NCBI GenBank assembly: GCA_002633005.1
Contig: NMRA01000039.1
Location: forward strand, 848,335-912,334
DNA from: Phoronis australis
Lineage: Eukaryota; Animalia; Phoronida
Length of the DNA stretch: 64,000 nucleotides
Direction of reading: 5' to 3'
Shown: positions 26,601 through 38,600 of the stretch, in pieces
Numbering within the stretch: position 1 is the stretch's first letter
How the letters are laid out: the number at the start of each line of letters is the position of its first letter
The notes under the pieces: model-generated
The model's input: only the letters and a program-made list of their open reading frames with translations
What the model was told of the DNA's origin: nothing
Database searches by the model: none
Translations under genes and position numbers: made by a program

Positions 26601-29600
26601 CGCATGTGTAACAATAATGTGGAATAAAATAGGGCAGAAAATCTTAAATTTGCGACAAAAACCATTGCTAAACTTGCCATATTTGTTTTGCAGATGCTTA
26701 CCACATTGTTGCAAATACTCAAAATTTTTACGAAATGTTGTTTGGTCATAGCTACGCCACACAAACTGTGCTAAAAGCAAAGTAAATTTTCATGAAAAGA
26801 TATTTTTGTTGAGATATTTGGCAAAACAAAATTTCACCTGTCTGTCAAATCGATGTCAAAAACTTAAGAATTTTTACCGAAGCTCAGAAAATGTTACCAT
26901 TTAAAAAATGCTCATCACCGACTTTTCCACCTCAAAACATGGCATCACGGGTTGAAATCTAGCAGAAAAGCAACTTTACATATTCATTTCAGGACTCTCA
27001 TTTTTTACACAAGTTTAAAAACTCCTGAGCATATCAGGAATTTTGTGTTGGAATATTTTTATTTATGTCATTTCTGAAAAATCTTCACAAACATGGGACA
27101 GCATCAAAGTTCATATAAAAGTAGGTTGTCTTACCGGTATTTACATTAGGATGTTATCTAAGTGTCTAAGTGGAATAACAGGATTACATTGTAAGCATTA
27201 CATGAATTTAGACCCTTTCCCACAAAGTTAAATTCACTACAGTCGAAGCTTCGATGTAAACTGTTAACCCGAAGTTAAGGTAGAATGTTCACATCAACAC
27301 CGGAGTCATAGTTCAGCGAAGTTGTCGCAAGGTGGCGCTAATATGACCTTGGCCTGTATATGTTCATACACCTTACTGTTTTTACCCTAGCCATCAAAAA
27401 TTGAAAGAACCTTCCCTCTCCCCACACAGACATGAGGACGTCTATTTCAGAAGGCAAGCAACAGATGTGAAGTTGAGATGAAGAAGATGTAGAAGAAGAT
27501 GACGGCATTTAACAGAAAATTGGGTCTCTTGTGGCTTGCAGCAGATCCATGCAAAGGCGGTATGTCGTTTGGCGGGAACTCGTTTTGCGTACAGAAAACG
27601 TTCAGTGATATTCTATTATTCTTTTAAGGAAAGAATCCCGCAAACACTGGAGAAATTGCCAAAATAAAAAACATTGGAAAAAAATATTGACAAAAATTGA
27701 CTAGTTACTGCCTACTGTTGGTGAACACAGTGACACCTGCTGATTTCAAAAATTATTTTTTTATTATTGTTTCAATAAGAGTAGCTGGGCTCTAAATGTC
27801 AAATTGTTGTTACTTATGTATGGTTTGAAATTGTTTGGGCACAACAAGGTGTAGGTGACACTGCCTCATGTATATGCAAATTTCTATAATCTTGATATCC
27901 AGAACTGGAGAAACAGGATATCTCCCCAATCATTAGATGTTAAAAATTGATTTTGCTATTGAAAAATACACAACATGTCTAGAAAACAATTCACTTAAAG
28001 TAGCCGTTGCAAGATATAGATACTTGGCTCACTCTCTAATGATAGTTAAGGGAAGGTTTAGAGAAGGCAGTGTGGCCTAGTGTGATAGGTGCCCACTTTC
28101 TTTACTCGAGGTTGTGGGTTCGAGTGCCACTGGGCCAGACTGCTCGACCCTTGAGTCAGGCTTCTAGCTCCTCAGCTCGGTTTTAACTACCGGCATATAT
28201 AACAAGAGCAATGCAGAGCGTTGAAATGCGCCCACGAATGCATCGCAAATGGTTTGCTTTTAGGGTTATTTATTTGTATCATAAAAATGGCCACTAGATG
28301 GCGCAAAAATGTACAAACCATCCAAAAACGGGAACGTGCCATATTTCATAAAAATCTGTCAAGGAACCTCAGAGAAATGAAGGAAAACGGAACAAAATAA
28401 AATTGTCACTTGTGGGCACAGTGTCCGTTCGATGCGCCTAAAAGTCGTCGTCTGTTATCTTCATATAAATTCACATACTAAATTTAATAAAGATCCTGCA
28501 GTGGGTTTTGGATATACAGCTATGGGCGAAAAACAAAACAAAACTACCAGTAGGAGGTGCCACAGAAGCCAGTCACCATCATCAAACGTACTCTTCACAC
28601 TGACAACATATACGCCAATTTTCAAAACCATCCCTAAAATGATTTGATTGATCAAGGGGTGGATGCCAAAAACAAGATTTGAAAACAGCAAAAATGGCCA
28701 CCAGGTGGCGCAAAGTAACTCGATTCCGTCCAAAAACAGGATGATAGTGTCATCTCACCAATAGATGCCTATATTCAAAATTTTATGAAAATCTATTGAG
28801 GACCTTTGTAGATACAGGCTGGTAAATGTAAAAAAACTAAAATTGCAGTTAGGGGGCACACCTGTAGTCGGATCTGTCCTAAAGTTCGCTCATGCCGTTC
28901 CATCCACGGAAGGAACACATGTGCAAAATTTCATGAACATACGTCAAGCCGTTTTGGAGATAGAGCAGCGGACGCCGGATGGACAGAGATGACGGCATAA
29001 TGCGTCCACATATAAATATGTGGCTGCATAACAAAACATTTAAAATGGTTCCAGGTGATAAGTGCAATGGGCCCACTTCAGCGGACTCTGCACGTCTGAT
29101 ACAACGTGTACCAGACCGCCTGCAATTATATTTTTTAAGGTAAGGTTTATTGGTCTTGATGGAGGGGAGGAAAGTAAACACATCTCTGCTGCAATAAAGG
29201 AAAGGTGGAATCAGAAATATACTTTCTCCTCGGATGTAAATTATATTCTGATTTGCACATATAGTTCTTACTTATATTTGATAGGGTGGATGAAGCAGTA
29301 TTCAGGGATCTCCTACAGACCCACTATATAAATAACTTGAGAAAAATTGCTGAATATTTAATTAATGGTGAGAAACGTCGAAATGAGTTTCTTAATAAAG
29401 AAAGATTTGACATTGTTTGCTTTCTACACACTAATATGTAGAATGTAAAAAGTAACCGAAATTGGTGTTTGAATCATACAAATCGGTTCTCTATAACTGG
29501 GTTTTCGTACACAGGTCAAAACGACTTCAGCTGCTTGACTGATGAGGAAGGCAGTCCTGCTCAAGAGGAGACTGCATACTGGTGCCCTCTAGAATAATGG

Positions 29601-32600
29601 GAGCACAAAAATGATTTTCGATTGATCCCAAATCAGATTTGGTGGACAGAAATTCAATTACTACATAGTGCAGGGCCCTCGTTCATCTGATTGCATTAAA
29701 TGACACTCTATGATAAGAACAGATAAAATTTGGATAATAAATAATCAATTTTGTATGAAAAGAACCAAAATGAGAATCAATAACAACCAAACAAAATAGC
29801 ACTTTTACACTCACGGTGATATCAATAAGTTTTCAAGGACAACACGGCTTAGTTTATCCTCCATTTGTTGGAGCAATCACCCCCCAAAAAACAAAACAAA
29901 CTGGGTTATCTATCAAAGGAGGCAGGGGGTACTCCAGTAAAAGGTGTACATGGCAAATGCCACTCAGACAAGTGAAATTTTCCCACTTTTTTCTCTACCA
30001 AATACAATACTTTTTTTCTGGCAAAATTCCCTATGAAAGAATATCTCTTGATATAAAATTCTCTGCAAAAGTGTTTACTATGGGGATTAGAAATTCAACA
30101 AATGGATACATTCCAACAAAAATTTATAGAAGGTTTTTTAACTCTATCTATAATTTTCAAACTTAGTTTGCATTTTTGACAACAGTACTTTCTTTGATAT
30201 TGTTTCCAGCTTAATGAGTTAAAAGATATCTGTCCATCCAGAATTCCAACAAAAGGTTAGGTTTTACAAAGGGAAGTGTTTCTATAATAAAATTAAACTT
30301 AAGAGATTTTTAATGGAAATCTCAACAAAGGAGTTCCTTTTTTCCAGTCCACTCTTAATGTTTATTGGTAGGTATTCTAATTTATAAGTAACACCCCCAC
30401 CAGAAATAGTTAAAGGGATGCTAAACCCTGTTTTGATGATTTCAACCAACCCATGTTATGTCACCTGCTAATGCATCATTGCCATCAATCCAGTAAAAAC
30501 TCACATCCCGTATTTCACAAACTGGATATTATGGTATTTTCCCACTTTGAACCGGTTACACTGAAAATTTGAACTTTTCTATTTTGGTCCAAAGTCACGA
30601 TTTTATAGGCAGATTTTGATAAATAATTGGCTGTGACATTTGCTAAAACCGTATACACTTGCTCATTTAGCAGAATTATCAAACTTAGAGGCTTATCAAA
30701 AGTTCCAGAGCCGTGGTTTTAGTATCTGGGTTTGATATCTTTTTAAGTGAACACAAAGTTCAGTGACGTGCTATGTATTATCTGAGATAACCGACTTTAA
30801 TGAAATTCATATATCAGGACAGTTCTAGAATTTTGACAGGCATTTCTTCAGCTTATATTTTCTCATATTTCAAGTTGTGTACTTAGCTCCTTAAATATAG
30901 GTGTCAGTTGGAGAGCGCTGAATTACCTTCAGCGTCGGTAACTAGCCATGGGCCAAATTTTCTGAATGTCGGGTCTCTGAACACTATATATATACAAAGG
31001 TTAAAACACAAGTTGTATATGTTTCAATTCATCAACTATATCTGACAGTATCCCACCTAATTCAATTTGAATTATGGCAGTCAAACTTCAGTTCCTTAAT
31101 TCATTGTAAAAATCTCCCGTCTTTGCACTACAAATTATTAAATGTAAGCTTGCCCATTGCCAAACAAAAGCAGGCCAATTCTTTTGAGTGTAAAAGTACA
31201 GAAACCCGCTTGCTCTAATAGCCCAATTCACTTGAGAGGGTTACATACACTTGGCAAATACATATCGCAAGCAGTACTTATCCTTGTGGCGACCACTCAC
31301 AAAGGAGATAACTTACAGGAATATCATAGGCACTGACTGAGGAGATTGGAGATTATTTTTTGCGCTGTTGTAATTGTTTGTAGGCAGGTTTTTAAGGTGA
31401 CTATAACTAGACAAACATGAGAGGAATCAAACCAAATACACACTTACACTTTAGATTTTCAGGAACTTTTCAAGGCTTTGTGCAAAAATACAAGAAACAA
31501 ACTAAGGGTAGTCAAAGTCTGTGCGAACCATGTTAAGGCAAGACTCAGGGGTTTTCATACATAGCTCAAGACTTTTCAACATGGTGCAGCGCAAAGTCTC
31601 GACCCAGTTTACATCATCAAAAACTAACCTCCCGTGACCTCATCAAGTAGCGGACCAGGCGGCCGCGCAGTACACCTAACGTCTGGTTGTCAAAGTCAGG
31701 GGCACTGATGCCTGTCACACTATCCACGAGGACCTGCCACTTGGGTAGTTCCTGCTCCAGGTGGCGAATCTCTCTCTTCTGACGACGATCGGCGATGGTA
31801 AGCTCTACAAGAAACAAGACGTCAATATTAAATTATGGCAACTGCTCTACAACTACGCACATTCTAAATTATAGCACATCCAAATTTAGTAAACAAAAAA
31901 TATGATACTTTTCTGTGAATTCGCACATGGTACAATGGCAGGCATTCTTAATTTCTATTCATTCCCATATACTTAAACGCCAAAATACCACTCACCCCTA
32001 CCTCTTGAAATAATTACTTAATATTGCATGAATACGTAGAGCAGTTGCCATAAACTGTATTCCTGTCACACTCCCAACCTTGTGAGACTCAACATATGTT
32101 ATCCGATATCTAAATTCGTTTGAGATGTAAATGCAACATATTTGTTGCAACAAATCTGAGAGCGGCACAGTGATGATAAGTGGATCTTGCAACCTATCAA
32201 TCTCAGAGAAGTGAAAGAGGAGCAAGGAAAAATGATCCTCAGTTTCAGGGGGGCCCAAGAACAGAGCTTGAGTCAAGAAGAGCACAACATGAGGCGAGGC
32301 TGAACACCCTTTCAGCATGACTGTCACATACATTGTCTTCACCTGCCATGTCTTTTTCCATTTTACAGGGAAAGCTGTTTTAAATTAGCAAGTTATTTAA
32401 CCCACATAAGTAGAATAACAGTTTTTTGCATCATGAATGCATGAGGTTGCGAGTTTTTTAATTCATCTCACGAAACTTCTCAGGAGCAACCACTGTATTT
32501 CATTTGCCACATTTCCCATGAGGACAGAGAAAAATTTCACAAAGAAATGCGACTTCAGTATTCAAGTGCTGGCTCGTACGAAACTCATACTCAACCCAAA

Positions 32601-35600
32601 TTCAAAATCATTTCAGTACACCTTCACATGCATTAATCCCAACCCCTTTCCGCCACTGGGAAAAAATTCAAAAGAGGGAATCAAATATCAAACTTGACAT
32701 AATATATTATTAATTCCTTTTTTGTGGGCATAAAAATAAAATGTTATATATCTACTTACAATTACGAACTTTCAAATATTTTTAAGGTTAAAAGTAACTC
32801 GAGGATTTTTCAAGGTCAGAATTAAATTCAAAGACAACTCAAGGTCAAGGTTCTAAATTTAAAGACTTTTCAAGACTGTACACACCACGACACTTACCGT
32901 GTTCGAGAATTTCGTCCTTGCTGTCTTTCAATTCGTCGTCGTTGATCATGTCCTCGGCATCGGAGAAATTTAACACGTGATCTCCTCTCGGTATTGGTTG
33001 AACTGTAGAGAAACGACGAGACATACAACATGGTACAGGGTGCACTGTAGAGAAACAAGAGATACAACATGGTACCAAGGTAATTCTGTAATAAGCTTGC
33101 ATTCCATTGATTAAACTAACTTTTGATTCATACCTGCTTACCACTATAAAGCTAGTCTCGAACTCAGAGAAGAATTGATTTATGGGCTTGGATAAAACTA
33201 AGACTTCTGATGATGCTCACTATTTAAGATGACACGCAGACGACACGCCAGGGATTGCAATGACCAATGACAAAAAAGAGGAACATTTTCCAGGTGATGT
33301 ATCATTCCACAAATAGACTTGTATGATAGAAATATTTTTCGGGTAGTGAAATTTAAGGAAATGAATGTTCTTGCACCAATAGAGCCAAAGTGACAAAAAA
33401 GAGACAAAAAAAAGAGAACACTGTAAATCAAATCAGAAGAAATACAAAAAAAGAGGAAATCCTCCTAAAAGAGGAAATCGATGCGCCATGACAAGCCAAC
33501 TATTTGGGCATGATCTCAAGCAATAACAAGACGTCAACTTCTTCCTAAGTCCACAAACTACTTCTAATTTATGTAACGGACAAGTTGAGATAAATTTGTG
33601 TAACGGACAAGTTGAGATAAATTTGTGTAACGGACAAGTTGAGATAAATTTGTGTAACGGACAAGTTGAGATAAATTTGTGTAACGGACAAGTTGAGATA
33701 AATTTGTGTAATGGACAAGTTGAGATAAATTTGTGTAACGGACAAGTTGAGATAAATTTCATAACTACAAATGGTCTAAAAACATTAGTTCTTTTTGACT
33801 GAAGACCAGACGATAGCAGCCTTAAAGTGGAGCTTTTCCTTCAAATAATACTAAACGAACGTGTCTAGGAGAGATCACTTAGCACTCTAATGTTGCGCTA
33901 CCTTCACAACAAAACTAATAGGAATCTTAATTTTCACTGTTCCTACAGAAAAAATCAATTTTAGAAAATCCCGAATTCCTTGTTTTCGTTTAGAATCTGC
34001 CACACCCTGCTCCACTAGTTCTGGTGTCATTTTATTGCGTTGAAAACTGGAAATAGCAATGCCACCTTGAGAAAAGAAAACGGACTTATGTCAACAACAG
34101 TTGAACTTGGTGCCGGAAATAAAGACCCATTACACAGATAACACCCCGGTCTCTAAAATGCAACCGTCAAGCCAACCTGATTGGTCAGGTAGGAGATGGT
34201 ATTGTTTCATCAGCAGCCAATGAGAGTGCAAAGACGAGGCAGTGCGGGCGGGGTGAAACACCGTGGGGTTCTTGTCCAGCGTCTCTTGAAACACGTCCAC
34301 CGTGGGCTGACTAGTCTGAAAGACAAACAAGTGTCGTCACGTCATCCAACAGTTAATGCACCAGCCACAGGAGCATTACATAATACATGACAAGCATTAC
34401 ATAATACATGAAACTTGCGGCAAGATATCTTGGCTTACGGAACGGCAAAAGTAAATTTTCTCTTGAAAGTTATTTCAGCCCCTAAAACTGATCACTTTGG
34501 AGGTAGCCAACTTGGAAGTCATGGTACGTCACTCACAAACTGCTACCCTTTCACTCATGTGCTGTTACTTGACCTTGAGAGTGCTTGACCTTAAGTGTGC
34601 ATGACCTTAAGTGTGCGTGACCTTAAGTGTGCATGACCTTAAGCGTGCTTGACCTTCAATGTGCATGACCCGAGGTTTATCTCCCAAATATTGGATAGGG
34701 GTGTGGGTCTGTGCTGTCAAAATCCCAAATAAAAAAGTAACTAAGTATTTGGTAAACGGGTGCACGAGACAATGACAAGTGATGAAAACCCCTACCCAAG
34801 ACAACAGTTCCTCCAACCAATCATCACCCACCCGGGACAATACCTCAAAGCTGCCAAGTAAGAATACTTCAAATCTGCCATTTACTTATACAAGACGATA
34901 CCAGAAATGGAAACACCCATCCGAGATTACAGCTGAGGACAAAATGCCCACCCAAAATAATGCTCCCAAGTTTTATTGCACATCCCTATTAACCCTTCAG
35001 GTGGGAAAAACCACGGGCCCTCATCGAAGGCAGTGTTCACACTGTGATATTATCCTGGTTGACATAAACTGTGTTCGCATACTCTACCGAAGCAATTTTT
35101 CCCAGCAACGTCTCTTCCTCCTTGCTGTAGAGAGCCTTGGCTTGTACAGACTTCACAATATCCGGGTGAAGTTGGCGAATGGCTTGAACTCCTAGTCTGA
35201 AACAAAGTGTGTGAAGTTGGGTGAGCTCTGTAAGGTATGACCATCAGAGGCAGAATGAGTGTGATGGCAACACAATGTCAACTGTTTGGTGCAAGCTTTC
35301 ATTGTGTTAATTGTCATGAACATTCCGGTGTATATCAAAGATCAACAAAATGTGACTATTGTTAAAATTCATTGTACGGGTACTGGCTATTGGCTAATCT
35401 CTCAAATAGCATTGATAGGATAATGCTTGGTATCATTTTGTTATTTGCACAGTTCTGCTGACAAAAGATATTTAAATGTTCAAAAATTTCTAATCAGAAA
35501 CCCTTGTAGTTGTTTCTGTCTCCAAAAATACAGTTAATGCTTACAACTTGACAGCGACCACTTGACATTAATTGACAGTGATGAATGGTATGACAAGTTA

Positions 35601-38600
35601 ACAACTGACACGTTTCCCAGGGTTGCTCTTTTATATAAGGATATTTTGCCATGACGAACATTTGTGCATGAACCAGTTGAATATCGCACTTTACAACAGC
35701 GATAATTTGATGGTATGGCAATTGAGAAAAAGTAAACGCTGCGAAATCTCTCCATATTAAATACGTCCATCCATGATACAAAATAAATGTTGACTGTAAA
35801 TGACAGTGTTGTCCACCAAATACTATACCAGCACCTAACTACAGATGCTATTTCATTATGTCGCTGCAGCATGTTTTTAAGAAAATTGCAAGTTTCAAGG
35901 ACACAATTCGAAATGAAGACATTCCAAATCAAAAACAGCAACATGAGCAACTAAGTGTGAATGCAGCTTAACTCACCATCAGAGGGACACTGTAAACATC
36001 TACGCCAAATACTTACTTTGATATGACCGAGTCATAAAGCAGCGAGTACCACCGCTCCTGAATCTCTTTCAATGTAAACTTGCAGGAGAACTTCACGCCA
36101 AGATGGACGGCGGTCAAATCACTGGTCTGTAACACATAATTACAGTCTGCACAAAGCATCCACTTGTGGAAACAACCTCTCAACTAAGCATTCTAAATTT
36201 GCAAGCTAGGCATTGTTACAACGTTATACCACTGGTTTGCAACACAGTTCCGCAATTTGAATACAACAAACATCAATAAGAAATAACCTCTGAAGAAGGG
36301 TTAGCAATTATTCTAATTAAACACCCTCAATATTATAAACTGTAAAAATTCTGCAAGACTAAAAGTTTAGAAGTTATAAAACTGTAAAGCAGATGACCAT
36401 TCTGCTTTTAAAAAACAGACCAGACCTCGTGAGAAAAACTGCTACAGCACTATTTTAAGATGGCTTGTTCACAAAGTTATGGTACGTAATCTTTAACTTC
36501 GGGTTGTTATGAATGATCTGAATTTTGATGGTCAAAGAGTGCCCACGTTAGCAGCATAGAGGGCAGTGTACTACATAGGTTTTGACTTTGGAATCGTAGT
36601 TGTGAGGTCCCAGTTTTAATCTTGTGTTCTGTAGCAGATGTCAACCTCATTTTGGTCAAGTTCATATCAGGTCGATGATAAATGATCACCACGCTGTCAT
36701 TCACATTTTGATCATATTTAACGTTACTTAGTGATATGAAATCATATAAATTTTCACCACTGATGATAAATTTTGCACGAAAATTCTATCAACCATTGAT
36801 GTGAATTCTCATCAACCATTAAAATCTTGTCACACCATTCACATGTCATTGAATTCATAACAAGAGCAACGCGGAGCATTGAAATGCGCCCACAAATGCA
36901 TTGCAAATGGTGTGCTTTTAGGGTTATTTATTTGTATTATAAAATGGCCACTAGATGGCGCAAAAACATACAATCCATCCAAAAACAGGAACATGCCATA
37001 TTTCATAAAAATCTATCAAGGAAATTCAGAGAAACAAAGGAAAACAGAATAAAATGAAATTGCCACTAGTGGGCACAGTGTCCGTTGGATCCGCCTGAAA
37101 GTCGTCGTCTTTGTTTTCTTCATATAAATACACTTATTAAATTTAGTAAAGATCCTACAGTGGGTTTAGGAGATACAACTATGGGCGCAAAACAAAACTA
37201 CCACTAGGAGGCGCCACACTAGTCAGTCACCATCATCAAAGATCGTCCTCACACTGAGAACATACATGCCAATTTTCGAATGATTTGGTTGATACAAGGG
37301 TGGACGCCAAAAACAAGATTTGAAAATGGCGAAAATGGCCACTAGGTGGTGCAAAATACCTCGATTCCATCCAAAAACAGGAAGATAGCGTCATCACACC
37401 AATAGATGCCTATATTTAAAATTTTATGAAAATCTGTTGAGGACCTTTGAAGATACTGAGTTAAACGTAAAAAACTAAAATTGCCACTAGGGGTCACAGC
37501 ACTTGTCAGATCTGTCCGAAAGTCGTCGTCATCCATAGTCAATATCATATAAATACACTTGCTAAATTAAGTAAAGATCCTGCGAACGGTTTAGGAGATA
37601 TAGCCATAGGTGCAACAAAAACAAAACTGCCACTAGGAGGCGCCACAGTAGTCCAAATCGTCGGAAAATCATCGTCAACTGTCCTCTTTACATACATGCC
37701 AATTTTCACAATCATCCTTTGAACGGTTTGGTTGATAGAGGGGTGGACACATCCGAAAACGGGAGAATAGGGTCATCTCACTAATAGGTGCCTACATATT
37801 ACATTTCATGAAAATCCATTNNNNNNNNNNNNNNNNNNNNNNNNNNNNNNNNNNNNNNNNNNNNNNNNNNNNNNNNNNNNNNNNNNNNNNNNNNNNNNNN
37901 NNNNNNNNNNNNNNNNNNNNNNNNNNNNNNNNNNNNNNNNNNNNNNNNNNNNNNNNNNNNNNNNNNNNNNNNNNNNNNNNNNNNNNNNNNNNNNNNNNNN
38001 NNNNNNNNNNNNNNNNNNNNNNNNNNNNNNNNNNNNNNNNNNNNNNNNNNNNNNNNNNNNNNNNNNNNNNNNNNNNNNNNNNNNNNNNNNNNNNNNNNNN
38101 NNNNNNNNNNNNNNNNNNNNNNNNNNNNNNNNNNNNNNNNNNNNNNNNNNNNNNNNNNNNNNNNNNNNNNNNNNNNNNNNNNNNNNNNNNNNNNNNNNNN
38201 NNNNNNNNNNNNNNNNNNNNNNNNNNNNNNNNNNNNNNNNNNNNNNNNNNNNNNNNNNNNNNNNNNNNNNNNNNNNNNNNNNNNNNNNNNNNNNNNNNNN
38301 NNNNNNNNNNNNNNNNNNNNNNNNNNNNNNNNNNNNNNNNNNNNNNNNNNNNNNNNNNNNNNNNNNNNNNNNNNNNNNNNNNNNNNNNNNNNNNNNNNNN
38401 NNNNNNNNNNNNNNNNNNNNNNNNNNNNNNNNNNNNNNNNNNNNNNNNNNNNNNNNNNNNNNNNNNNNNNNNNNNNNNNNNNNNNNNNNNNNNNNNNNNN
38501 NNNNNNNNNNNNNNNNNNNNNNNNNNNNNNNNNNNNNNNNNNNNNNNNNNNNNNNNNNNNNNNNNNNNNNNNNNNNNNNNNNNNNTGTGAAAGCAATATG

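Noticed and set aside
33566-33759. CRISPR-like array or repeat-protein ORFs (KFISTCPLH)n
   Set aside because: The 27-bp units are contiguous with no spacers, there are no cas genes, and the context is a eukaryotic intron. The ORFs are artefacts of a repeat length divisible by three.
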